From NCBI GenBank assembly GCA_009602725.1, contig WELB01000026.1, positions 690,780 to 728,549 on the forward strand: a stretch of DNA of 37,770 nt, read 5' to 3'. Positions 25,826-35,603 of this stretch are shown in pieces (the stretch's first letter is position 1; every line of letters begins with the position of its first letter). The stretch comes from Spirogloea muscicola. Lineage: Eukaryota. A program made the translations under genes and the position numbers. Below the pieces are notes generated by a model. It saw nothing but the letters and a program-made list of their open reading frames with translations. It was not told the DNA's origin and made no database searches.

Positions 25826-26418
25826 GGTGCATGCAGATGGTGTTCATGACTACATTAACCGGAGCCACGAGTTAGAAGAAGACATTGTCCATTCTTTTTT
25901 GGGCTGGCTTTGCTAGCCCCCCTTCTCTCAAGAAAGTGCTCGCCCGCTGAGAAGAGGGGCTGGCAAAGTCAGCCTAAAAAGAATGGACAATGTCCAAAGC
26001 CAAAGGAAGAGGTGCCGGAAAAGGACTACACCACAAAACACTACAAAACACAAGACGATGCAGAGGGAAGCTCAGTACCCGCGAGTGAGCAACATCAAGT
26101 CGGAGTAGCTCGCTGCAGGGAAAGAGGCATTTCGCCGAGACCCAGAGGCGGCGGCCATAGCACGACCTGCTTGCGTGTGGACGGCGTAGGCAAGAAAGTG
26201 CTCGCCTATAGAGAAGAGGGGCTGGCAAAGCCAGCCCAAAAAGGATGGACAATGTCCAAAGCCAAAGAAAGAGGTAAAAGGACTACACCTCAAAACACTA
26301 CAGAACACAAGACGATGCAGAGGGAAGCTCAGTTCCCGCGAGTGAGCAACATCAGGTCGGAGTAGCTCGCTGCAGGGAAAGAGGCACTCCGCCGAGACCC
26401 AGAGGCGGCAGCCATAGC

Positions 26419-28991
26419 AAGAGAAGGCCCGCGGTGCGCATGAATTTGAAAGGGAGGCCAATTCTAGCCTTACAAATGTCCTGTTAACTGGGTAATGAGC
26501 TGGCTAAGGGGGACACTAACATCCCCGAGTGAGCACATGCATATCTGACAAGCTATACTGAGGCGCCAAACCACCCTCACGGAAGCCATTAGCCTGGCCT
26601 AATGCACGACCAGCACGCTGGTGTATCGCGAGTGCCTGGGAGCGCTGTAGATCAATGATAGCCGCATTCTATAGCATGCAACGATGGCTTGCGGGACGCC
26701 AGAATGCCCTAAGCTACCCGCCCGACTACGTCGGCGGGCATCGACATGCAGTGCCAGGCGATGGAGGAGGGAAGACCACTTTGCTCCGTAGCCGCCGTAT
26801 ATGTCCATGGCGCATGGGAAGAAGTGGTCGCCCCGGGGGGTGGTCATTGTAGTGCCTCTCCTTCTTCCTCTCCGCATGATGTGTCGCCCAACCTGGCACT
26901 GTCGGTGTGGGTGCCCCTGGTTGGAATGCATCGATGAGAACGACGTCGAGGAGAAGACGAGGCCCACCTTTCCGGGGGGGGTGGCCACCACATCCAGACG
27001 CCTAACGTAAGGCCTGCCACGCTTCTGGAGTACTGGCTTGATCCCCGGCACCTCCATGGCCGCATGATAACCTGCCTCGCGTACCAAGCCATACATAGCG
27101 TCTCTGAGAAGATTGTCGGAGGCATTACGTTCACTTTCCTGAACATCGAAGCCTGTGGCTGCCAAAGAGATCTCATCCTCCGAACGATGGCCACATTTAC
27201 ACTGTCGAATGCCAGCCAAACAAAGTGGAGTAAGGCCGAGATGGTGGTGGACAGCCGTCCGGAAGAGGTCGTCGGAGAGCCGGAGGGATTCGTAAACCGG
27301 CAAAGCGTTGAGCCACTCCAACGCCCCCGGAGAGCTGATGGAGTGGAGACGCGAGAGCCCACGCCCATCCTCCTTGAGCAGAGCTTTGAGGTCATTGGCT
27401 GCGCGTGGAAAGCAAGCTTGAGCCTTCAGGTCAGAGCACCTTGCCCACGCTGCAAAGTCGACCTGATCTGTCGCAAGTGATGGGAAGGAGCGGAAAAGGT
27501 CTCTGCCAACGTCAGAGGGGGAGATTTGAAAGGGCAGGGTCCCGTTTGCCACGCCAGCTATTGCTGGTGCCAGTACTGGCTGACCCCTCCTGATGAAGCG
27601 CGTTGAAACTGTGGAGGCAAAATTGGGCTCAACACCCCAGGTGTGCCGCGCGAGCCAGGTGAGCCAGAGAGCGGCAGCCAAGGCCGCCCTTGCCACGGGG
27701 AGTGTCGTTTGTCGCTACGCTCCGCCCACCAAGAGCTGCTCGCGGTGCACCCGGACCTGGCGGGCCAGGCGGTCTCCTTTGCGCACCTCGCGCACACCGC
27801 CGACCAGCGCGTCCAAGCGCGCTTCGCAGCCGCAATGGACAAGGCAGCCTTCACCACCGCCTTGCTCCAGCTCCCGGAGGCCGACCTGCGCGGGCGCGCG
27901 CGATTCCACTCGGCCTCCTCCCCGGGGCCCGCGGCGTGGCTCCAGGCCCTCCCCCTCAATGAAGCCCTCACACTCCCGGACGAGGTGTTCCGCAGTGCCA
28001 TCCACCGGCTCCTGGGCCTGCCGCCGCCATGTCTCCAGGGTGTGCAACAGTGTGAATGTGGCGAGCGAGGGGCCGAGCATGGGGAGCTGGCCGCTCATGT
28101 TCTGCGCTGTTCCCACGGCGGAGAGCGGACAGCGGCCCATGACCATCTCCGGGATGCGATGCATGGCATCCTTGTGGAGGCTGGCTTCTCGGTGGCAGCC
28201 GAGAACTCTGCCGTCATGCCGCTCCAGCAACGGGCCGACGGTCTCCACGCTCGTCGCGTGGACCTTCTGGCCACCCCACCGGCAGGCGGGCCACGTCTTC
28301 TCCTGGACGTGGTGACCACCGACTCCTATGACCGCTCACATCCAACCCAGTGGGCCACCAACGCTGGGTATGCGGTAGCCTGCGCCGCTCGGGCCAAGGA
28401 GCTAAAATGCGCAGATCACCCGCGGGAAGACGAGTTCTTCCCGCTCGCCATCGATACGCACGGGGCGCTGGGCGCTCGGTGGCTCGAGCTGCTCAACCAG
28501 CTCTCTAGTCACGCCATTGCCCGCCGCTTCCATGGGGAGCCGGTGGACTCCCATGCAGCAGGGTCGCTAGCGCAGGTGTACCGCATGCCCTTGGCCGTCT
28601 CGCTGCAGAGGTCTATGGCCTGCGCGCTGCACCTGCGTGCAGGCAGAGCCCTCGCTGCTGCCTCTGGCTCTGGCCAGGGGACCCGCTTCCAGGAACCCAG
28701 TCTCTCTGACCTGAGGCTGCTTAGCAGGGGTTACTGAGTGCTTCGTAGCTGCTTCGTTTCTTTTCTGTGCTTGTTGTTTCTTCGTACTTTCCCTGGCCCC
28801 TTCTCGTCCTTTGTTCATTCTTTTCTGGGCTGGCTTTTTCCAGCCCCTATCCTCAATGGGCGAGCCCTTCTCATTTGGAGGAGGGCGGCAGGCGTTGTAG
28901 GGAGTGCCGGGTGGTCCAGCAGGCCGAGCAGAGCCTGTTGGAGGCTGACATCCGCAGCGGCATATATGTTGTCCAGAGCGGTGGTGGGAGG
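26419..28991 (-). mobile_element. G-type CRE-like non-LTR retrotransposon fragment (RT thumb, Zn knuckle, RLE), frameshifted and interrupted by the B copy
   Basis: 28991-28871 (..LLGLL..AALLQ) joins 27711 and downstream: TLP..GKGGLGCRS..AAHLGC (non-LTR RT thumb LPxxxGGLG), then WLNALP..LRLSDDLFRTA..LGL..CKCG..LRDA..E..RLD..MDIYG..YRMRL..LQRSQ..SLSDMHVLTRGC*. The tail ends CCTTCTCTT. Confidence 0.82.
27712..28870 (+). mobile_element. B-type CRE-like element, 5'-truncated, with an open CCHC + RLE frame to 28737 and a 3'UTR
   Basis: WLQALP..LTLPDEVFRSAIHRLLGL, C-x-C..H..C knuckle (CECG..HVLRC), HDHLRD, E, RVD, LLDV, K..K, PLAIDTHG, LQRS, SLSDLRLLSRGY*. 7-bp TSD tc(g/a)tttg at 27705-27711 and 28871-28877. 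Confidence 0.9.
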
Positions 28992-29013
28992 ACGGCCTGC
29001 TCGCGTGTGGACG

Positions 29014-29209
29014 AGAAAAGTGGCACTCCCAATGGGGGCAGGGCTGTGAAAAGCCAGCCCGAAAAGAATTGACAAAGGTTCGAAGGGGCCAAATGACGGA
29101 GGGGCCTTAAAAGCCCTTGCCCCCATTGGGAGTGCCACTTCTCTTGAAAAGCGCTGAGCAGCTACGACGGGGCCTGAAGATGCTATGTCAGAACGGGGGA
29201 GGATGGACC
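29014..29209 (-). mobile_element. About 195-bp A-type 3' end inserted into the C copy; it contains a 28-nt opposite-strand A tail (29115-29142)
   Basis: Matches 35952-36118. 22-bp TSD acggcctgctcgcgt(g/a)tggacg at 28992-29013 and 29210-29231. Confidence 0.82.
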
Positions 29210-29380
29210 ACGGCCTGCTCGCGTATGGACGGCGTAGGCCAAGGGAGCGTTGGAATGATACCGCCAGGCGCATACGGGACTTGGGCGAGCGAACCGGCGG
29301 CGTTGAAGCCGGGCATCGCCCCTGGCAGACCCGGCCGCCGGTCAATGGCCCCCCTTCTCTCAGGGCGAGCACTTTCCCCT

Positions 29381-29520
29381 TTCTTTGATCTTCCAACAGG
29401 CTAGGCAAAGAAAGCACTCCCTATCCTCAATGGGCGAGCCCTTCCCCCTTTCTTTTAATATCAGCAGCCGCTTCTGGGCTTCTTTGATCTCCCAACTAGG
29501 CTAGGCAAAGAAAGCACTCC
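29381..29520 (+). repeat. About 40-bp direct repeat flanking short B- and F-type tail fragments
   Basis: ttctttgatct(t/c)ccaac(t)aggctaggcaaagaaagcactcc at 29381-29420 and 29480-29520. Between them lie ctatcctcaatgggcgagcccttc and aatatcagcagccg. Confidence 0.75.
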
Positions 29521-29669
29521 TAGTAGTCCTGTGTCAGCAACAGGAAGTCAGATGAGCTGGGAAACGCGCCACCAGAAAGGGCGGGAAAGGCCATCAGGCA
29601 ACAAGAAGCGGCATTTTCACAGGAGGAGCGTGTTGGGCAAAGGCGTTGTTGACATATCATTTGAATGCC

Positions 29670-29728
29670 CTCTGTATGCACTCGGCTGGCTTTTACAGTC
29701 GCCCCTCAATATCAGCAGCCGTATCTTC
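29670..29728 (+). mobile_element. Probable isolated tail of a further subfamily (F)
   Basis: CGGCTG-GCTTTTA-CAGTCG hairpin then CCCCTCAATATCAGCAGCCGTATCTT. AATATCAGCAGCCG recurs at 29457-29470. Confidence 0.5.
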
Positions 29729-30427
29729 CGACTTTGCCAAATGCGAGAGGCCAGATAAAGTCTTGGGAGCGTGTAGGAGCCAGCCTCGGTTAGATTCGCT
29801 GTTTAAGGCTTAGGAAGGCAAAAGAAGGGGCACGTACTTTATATTTTATGGCATTTTTTGTACGCTCATACTTGACCGTTCCCCTCCTCCAAGCTGCAGA
29901 TGCGCTCCTCGGCAACCCTTCAGACGAGTTCACAGGCCGCAGGGAGCGATGGCGTGTACACATGGTCTGCAGCTGCAGCTGCAGCTGCAGACAATGCAGT
30001 TCTGAGCGCCTCGTCGGATGCCACTACATGACCAAGTCTGGGCCGGTTGTCCCGCGCATGCCTGACGGGAGCTCCGCCAAGCTATGATTTGTGCAGCAGC
30101 GGGAAGGAGCACGACACACGCACAAGACTGCAGTGCAATTTCTCGAGTATCGGGACTGGATCGTTTAAGCTCAAGCACGTAGTGTGCATGCTTGTTAAAG
30201 CACACGACTTCTAGAGCGTGCGTAGACTTGACCAAGGCAACCTGTGGTGTTGAAGTAGAGGACCAAGATTCATCACCTTCTGAATACAGTGCATCACGAG
30301 ACTACAGTCCTTGGCTCAAGATAGATAATCACAGCATAGGTAGCTCTTAGGTGGACTAGTCGAGCATCAAAGCCAGCATCTACACTACCTGCCAGGCAAG
30401 CTGGCACCTGGTTGAATCTGCCCTCGC

Positions 30428-33400
30428 TCATGGACGTGCTGCAGCAGTGGGCGGCCGCTTGCTCTGGCTGGCAATGTGGTGCAGGTGAGCGAGGTGAGCC
30501 ATGTGTGCATTATATCCAGATCCTCGAGCAAGCGTCGTTGTGGCAGGGCCAGACTTGTCTTGGGATGAAGCTGCTGGCGTGGCAACTGAGGCAGTAGGTG
30601 AGGCAGCCGGATTTGGCTGCGGAGGCTGGGAAGATGTCTGCGGCGGCACTGCTGGGCTTGGTGACAATTGACGCGGGGAAGCGTGAGGAGTTGCGGAAGG
30701 AGGCAACACAGCGGCCGTCGGAGGTCCCTCAGCTCTGGCTGCGGATGTCGGTCGCGAGGCATGCGGCTCTGGCGTCGATGCTGGCGGCAGTGGAGGCGCT
30801 GCAACAGGGGTCGTGACAGGGAGCGCGGGAGCTTCCGGGACGCTCCAGGGGCTGGGTGAGTAACCAGCCAGCGGCCACGAGACCTGCGGATTACCGCTGG
30901 GCGGCGGCCCAAGCCACTCGGAGGCGCCTATGAACTTATAGGACACAAATGGCGCCGCCTGCGCGTCCGTCAGCTCCAGGCTCCAGCTCACCCGTTTGTT
31001 CCTGTTTGCACCGGGGCCCCAGCACTTGTACTGCCATTGCCACGCAACCACTCGCTTGAGGAGTCAGAGTTGATCTGTGCTGGCAGAGTGACTACGCAGA
31101 CCGCTGATGTGGCACAAATGCATGAGAACAGACGTTTAGCCGCTCTTTGCCCTTCAGGACATCCACGCAATAGCCGCTTTTGGCCCTTCAAGGCATACAC
31201 GCATTCTATGATACGATCAATCCCATATATTTCTGACTCACTGTCATATGTCTGAATCACTGTCCTAGTTAAGTAGTACGTGTTCGACAATGTTGTGATG
31301 ACTCCGAAAACCAGTGGGCTTAAGAGCAAGCCTTACTGCCCCTACCTCTGCGTAGAAGGCAGTCTTCTCAGACGCTAGCTGCTTGTTGCCCTTGCCCATG
31401 TGCGTCCACCCTGGCGGAGCGATGACGTTGTCCAGATATGTGTAGGCAAAAACTACTCTTGAGGCAGGGCCCCACGTTCTGCCTAAATATCCCTGCACTC
31501 TTCCAAAACATGTCTGTCCTTGAGAAGCACATCCTGGATGAATTCTCCGCTCAAGCTCAAGCTCAAGCTGAAATGTACCCGCTCAAGCTCAGCTGGTGGC
31601 CATAATGTCAGCCAGAATCTGCTCTGAGGTAGTTGGGCTTAAACCTCTGCTCGCAGTAAACGAGCCACTGTGCTTTTTAGTCATCAGCACAGTAAGTACT
31701 TGCACAGAGCTGTATTCGAAATTGCTGTCAGTGGCAAGCTCCATGCTAACGTACCTCATGAAGTCCTGTAACATTGCAGCGGATGAATACGTAGCCTGTT
31801 GCTTCCTCCCTGCTGTGTCTATTCTGTGCTGTCAAGGCTCCAGCCGCGCCGCTAGAACGTTTCTTCGCATACAGGACACATTCCTGGCCACACAAGACAA
31901 CATCAACCATAACTTTGATCAAACTCCAAACCTTGGATGCCTTCCAGCCGCAAAGACAGCACGCAGAAGCTCATACTGCACATCTGCTTGGTTGCACATC
32001 AATGTGTACTGCGTTCACAATTTGCCAGTCGGACCAAGGGCCACCAATTGCAGTAAGTGACTTACATTATAAACAGGTAGTGCTTTCCTGGTGGTAAGCA
32101 TTGATACATCGCTTCTTGAGGAGCTCTCGCAGCAGCATTTACCTCATAAATTGACTGCCCGTCTCCAAATACAAAGTCGATGGAACCTTCAATGTAGCAG
32201 TTCCTAAAGTAATGACGCCCCTGCATACATGCATGCCATTTTTTAAGGCAGACCTCAACGGCAGTAAGCAGATTCCGAGGAGGATAGCAATGTAGATTGT
32301 GGCTGCAAGCATTGTAGCTTGCAAAAAAGATCACAATGTCAACCACAGTGACAAGCCAAAGCTCACCTGATTGTCAAACAATGTGTCTTGCCATCCTAAA
32401 AATCTGCAGTTGAAGAAGGCCGATGCATCTCCGGCAATACGCAGCGCGACCGCCATGCCACTCACGCTGGGTTTCGGCTCAGGTGCCGCATTCTGTGCAA
32501 AAGACCAAAATGCATCAGCAGCGCGTTGTCAAAGGTCCGTCACCTATATATGCCCTGCACCCTACGGTGGCAGGAATAAACTAACTGCTCAATGCCAAGC
32601 CTGGCATAAGCATGCATGTTTGGCTTTGAAGGCTGCAAGCTGCTGACCGTAAAGGTGATGTTGCTGGCAATGAAGTGCGAGGCAAAGATGCAAGTGGAGC
32701 ACGTCTTGAAGGTGCCGAGCGGCTCTGGTTCTTCCTGGTCCCTTTGAGGCACTAGCTTGCCAGCCCAATCTGCCCACGTAAGCACAGTTGAAGCAGCATC
32801 CAGGCCCTGCAGCGTGACGAATGGCTTCTCCTTGGGTATCACAATTTTCTCGCTGCCGCCAATCCAAGAACCCAGTAAAAACAGGGTGAGAACTTGAAGC
32901 CAAGACAGCATCTACCATAGTACGTACAGTAAGACATAGTCAATATGCAGTCAAATTGCAGGGCTAGTAGGTAACTCTTAGCACATGAGTGTGACATTCT
33001 TCCCCGTTTACAATCAGGTCAGCAATCACGACCTGATGAAGATTGATGCAACATATGTCCTGGGAAGTCAGGGCTTACGCATACGTCCCAGGCATGATGA
33101 GGATCACAACTCGGTGCTCGTTGCCATCAGAGACCTGATTGATTGCCTCCTGCACGGTCTTGAAGTTGCCAGAGCCGTCCTTGTCGACTGTGTATGTGGG
33201 CGGGAAGAAGCTCCCCCATCCAGGGGGTATGTCTTTCACAAGCTCAATGCTGTTGGAGGCTCCACCGGCTGCCAAAGCAGGCGCTATGTTCTCATGGCTT
33301 GTGACCAGCTCTGGCGCTCGATATGGAGCTCCGCTGGCATCAGCAAACGGGCGGCTACCAGCTGCCATGGCAATTTCACATGCAGAGGAGCACACGAGAT

Positions 33401-33748
33401 GTTGTGAGCGGAGTGCATTGTCAAACGTCTTCTGTGGAGCTTCAAGGCAACAGTGATCATTTTCGGCTCCAGCACTTCGACAGTAATTGGTGGCAATTGA
33501 CGTGCCGGCTTGAGCAGGGCTTGAGCATTGCCAGATTGATGCCAATGATACACCAATGATACACTATGCAGGCCAGCCGTCAGGCAAGCAGGCAATCACA
33601 TAAAAGCTTGAGATATACCTGCCATCGGCAAGATATGATAGAGCGTCAACAAGGAAGTCATGATTTGTGCTAGCAGGGCAACATTGCCCATCAGCATGCA
33701 GCTTGGTCTCAGCGTCGGGCTGCTCGTCCTCATCTTTGGCAGGAGCAT
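30428..33748 (-). CDS. PME: Pectin methylesterase (CE8, no PMEI pro-domain) with a Pro/Ser/Ala-rich C-terminal extension; start codon uncertain (33748 or 33733)
   Basis: [85 protein letters not shown]|..[12 protein letters not shown]. Hydrophobic N-terminal exon at about 33618-33748. Confidence 0.9.
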
Positions 33749-34637
33749 GCAGCTGATCAATAATGCAAGCGCGCCACAGCGCGCTTGAAGCTTCGGTGAG
33801 CTGGTGGTAGCTCCTGCTGGTGGTGCAGATGTCTTCTGCGCAGAGACTACAGGAAGGCCCCGCCCTTTATGAAGGCGAACGCGTGCAGGGTCGAACACGA
33901 GCTGCACGAGATCCTCAAGCTCCTTGTATCAAGAGCGTATATAGATACATGCTGTCGTCAGCAATGCAGCGGCGAGCGATATAGTGCGCCAAAGAGAAGT
34001 CATACTGCCGAGCATGCGTGCTAATTGCAGCAGCAGGCGCCATATCCACATCACGCTGCGGATGCCTGCTGCAGCAGGCAGCTGCAGCCGGGCATGATCG
34101 CGGTGGCAAGTGGCAGCAACGATGCGGGAGCACGCACCTCGAGAGGCTCGGGGAGCGGAGCAGCACCAGCCAGCGGGGAGCGGCGGCCTTGAGAAACGAG
34201 TGAGCAGCAGCCGCGACGCCTCGGACGGACGCGGCCTGCAGCAGCTGCGGCGGGGGCGGCGGCGGCGGCGGCGGCAGTGGCGGCGGAGACGGAGACGGGA
34301 AGCGGAGGGTATGAGGCGGCCGCGGCTTATGAGGTGGCGGCAGCGGAGGCGGCGGCGGCGAGGGCATGGCGGCGGCCGCCGCGGCGGCGTCGGCGGCGAC
34401 GTGATCGGGGGCCCGACGTAGCCGGGGCAAGGAGGAGGCGGGGGGCTACCCTCTCCTCTCTCCCCTCCTGGGTGCCAGCCTCTCGCCGTACTTCTCTCAA
34501 GCTACGATTTGAGCCCCTCGCCTCGGGTTGCCGGTCGCCTCCCCCCAGGACCATGCCGGGACACCCCCGACGTGCGCGGGAAGGGGGGAGGCCGGTGTGC
34601 TGCCGCTGACGCTGACCGAGGCCGAGAACCCCCCCGG

Positions 34638-34802
34638 GAACGAAAAGCGCGTCCACTCGACTGGTGGCTGTGAGAGGCCAGCCCAAAGGAATGGACAAGG
34701 TCTGAAACGAACCGGATGGCGCAGAAAGCAAGGTACCAAGTGCGAAACAAACAACAAACAAACGGAACAAACGATGCAGTGGATCCCGGAACCTGCATCG
34801 GC
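34638..34802 (-). mobile_element. D-type 3'UTR fragment of a CRE-like element
   Basis: CTGCATCG..TTGTCCATTCCTTTGGGCTGGCCTCTCACAGCCACCAGTCGAGTGGACGCGCTTTTC shares TTGTCCATTC and the hairpin with C-type, and the tail with 37162-37209. Confidence 0.7.
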
Positions 34803-34900
34803 CTCCCAACAATTGAAGGAGCTGCTGGTTTCCCTAAAGCGGGCGATCTTGTGTATGCGCTTTCCGGCCCTTAAGAAATTGTCCACTTGGGACTGGCCGA

Positions 34901-34942
34901 TCACAACAAAACAGTCGCCCGGTCACAACAAAACAGTCGCCC
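34901..34942 (+). repeat. 20-bp direct duplication with a 2-nt spacer
   Basis: tcacaacaaaacagtcgccc gg tcacaacaaaacagtcgccc. Confidence 0.85.
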
Positions 34943-35603
34943 CCTTTGAGCCTTTATATTGGAGCCGGCCATTCGTAGCCATAGCCCCTGCTGGAATTTG
35001 TTTTACTACAGATCCCGTGGACTAGGCTGGGCTGGCATATCATTTCACAAACAGCCATCGACGCCTTCATAAGCCTCCAATCATTGCTTCACCCTTCATC
35101 CCCCTCCTGTCCAAGAGCCTCGTTAACGCCTGGCCGTCTCAGCTGCAATCAGTCAGCCTGGGCAACTTATGGCCACCACCTGTATTAGCAAAGCCGGTCG
35201 TCCTGTTCCTCTTTGCTGCTCCTCCTGAGGTACTCTAGCCTGCAGTAGGACTTGTAGCTTCACTCTCAGCAGCTTCGCCAGCCCCCACCGTACATATTCT
35301 GTAAGTTTGACTCTGGGCTGTTTGTCTGCAGCCACCTGTCGCATGCTTTGACAAAGACCCCAATACGTGCATGTGGTACATGTGATGTGCTTCCATATTT
35401 GAGACGAGGTGGCCACCTAGACAAAAGCAGGCCGATTTCAAATGCACCTGCAACAGGATGTGAAGCGTTCAAGGGTAAGCTATTCATAGTATCGCAATGT
35501 ACTTCCGTCAGCAGCTCGTAGCCTTGGAGCTCTCATTGAATGAGATCAAAACGAGATTTGGTATCAAGCAAAGGACAGCGAATAAGACTCATCCACACCA
35601 CTG

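Larger units (their letters stand above)
25931..29347 (-). mobile_element. 5'-truncated C-type CRE-like element with a tandem duplicate 3' end (25931-26191), carrying nested G, B and A copies
   Basis: Pieces 29347-29210, 29013-28992 and 26418-26192 reassemble to ..FNAAGSLAQV..RMRLAVSFQRSLAYAVHTRAGRAMAAASGSRRSASFPAASYSDLMLLTRG(N/Y)* plus 3'UTR, with small frameshifts. Confidence 0.78.
25881..29385 (+). mobile_element. C-type tail fragment split by a 3.4-kb nested insertion (host pieces 25881-25930 and 29363-29385)
   Basis: Identical 15-bp direct repeat gccccccttctctca at 25916-25930 and 29348-29362. Removing the interval restores ..tttgctagccccccttctctcagggcgagcactttc. Confidence 0.8.

Noticed and set aside
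26215..26245. GC hairpin next to a T-rich tract as a bacterial terminator or histone stem-loop
   Set aside because: The context is a eukaryotic retroelement 3'UTR, and the stem and loop do not match the histone 6-bp stem/4-nt loop consensus.
27585..27618. Hammerhead-like string CCTC-CTGATGA-AGCGCGTT-GAAAC-TGTG-GAGG
   Set aside because: The cleavage triplet would be GUG (not NUH), stems II and III are negligible, and it is antisense coding sequence of the G element with a single occurrence.
26599..28737. Listed ORFs 26599-27696 and 27643-28737 as intact genes
   Set aside because: Their starts are artefacts across the B/G junction and frameshifts. No RT catalytic core is present, so no autonomous element lies in the window.
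26161..29239. Apparent 31-bp TSD at 26161-26191 and 29209-29239
   Set aside because: Better explained as homologous coding sequence in tandem C copies, because 28992 joins seamlessly to 26418 once G is removed.
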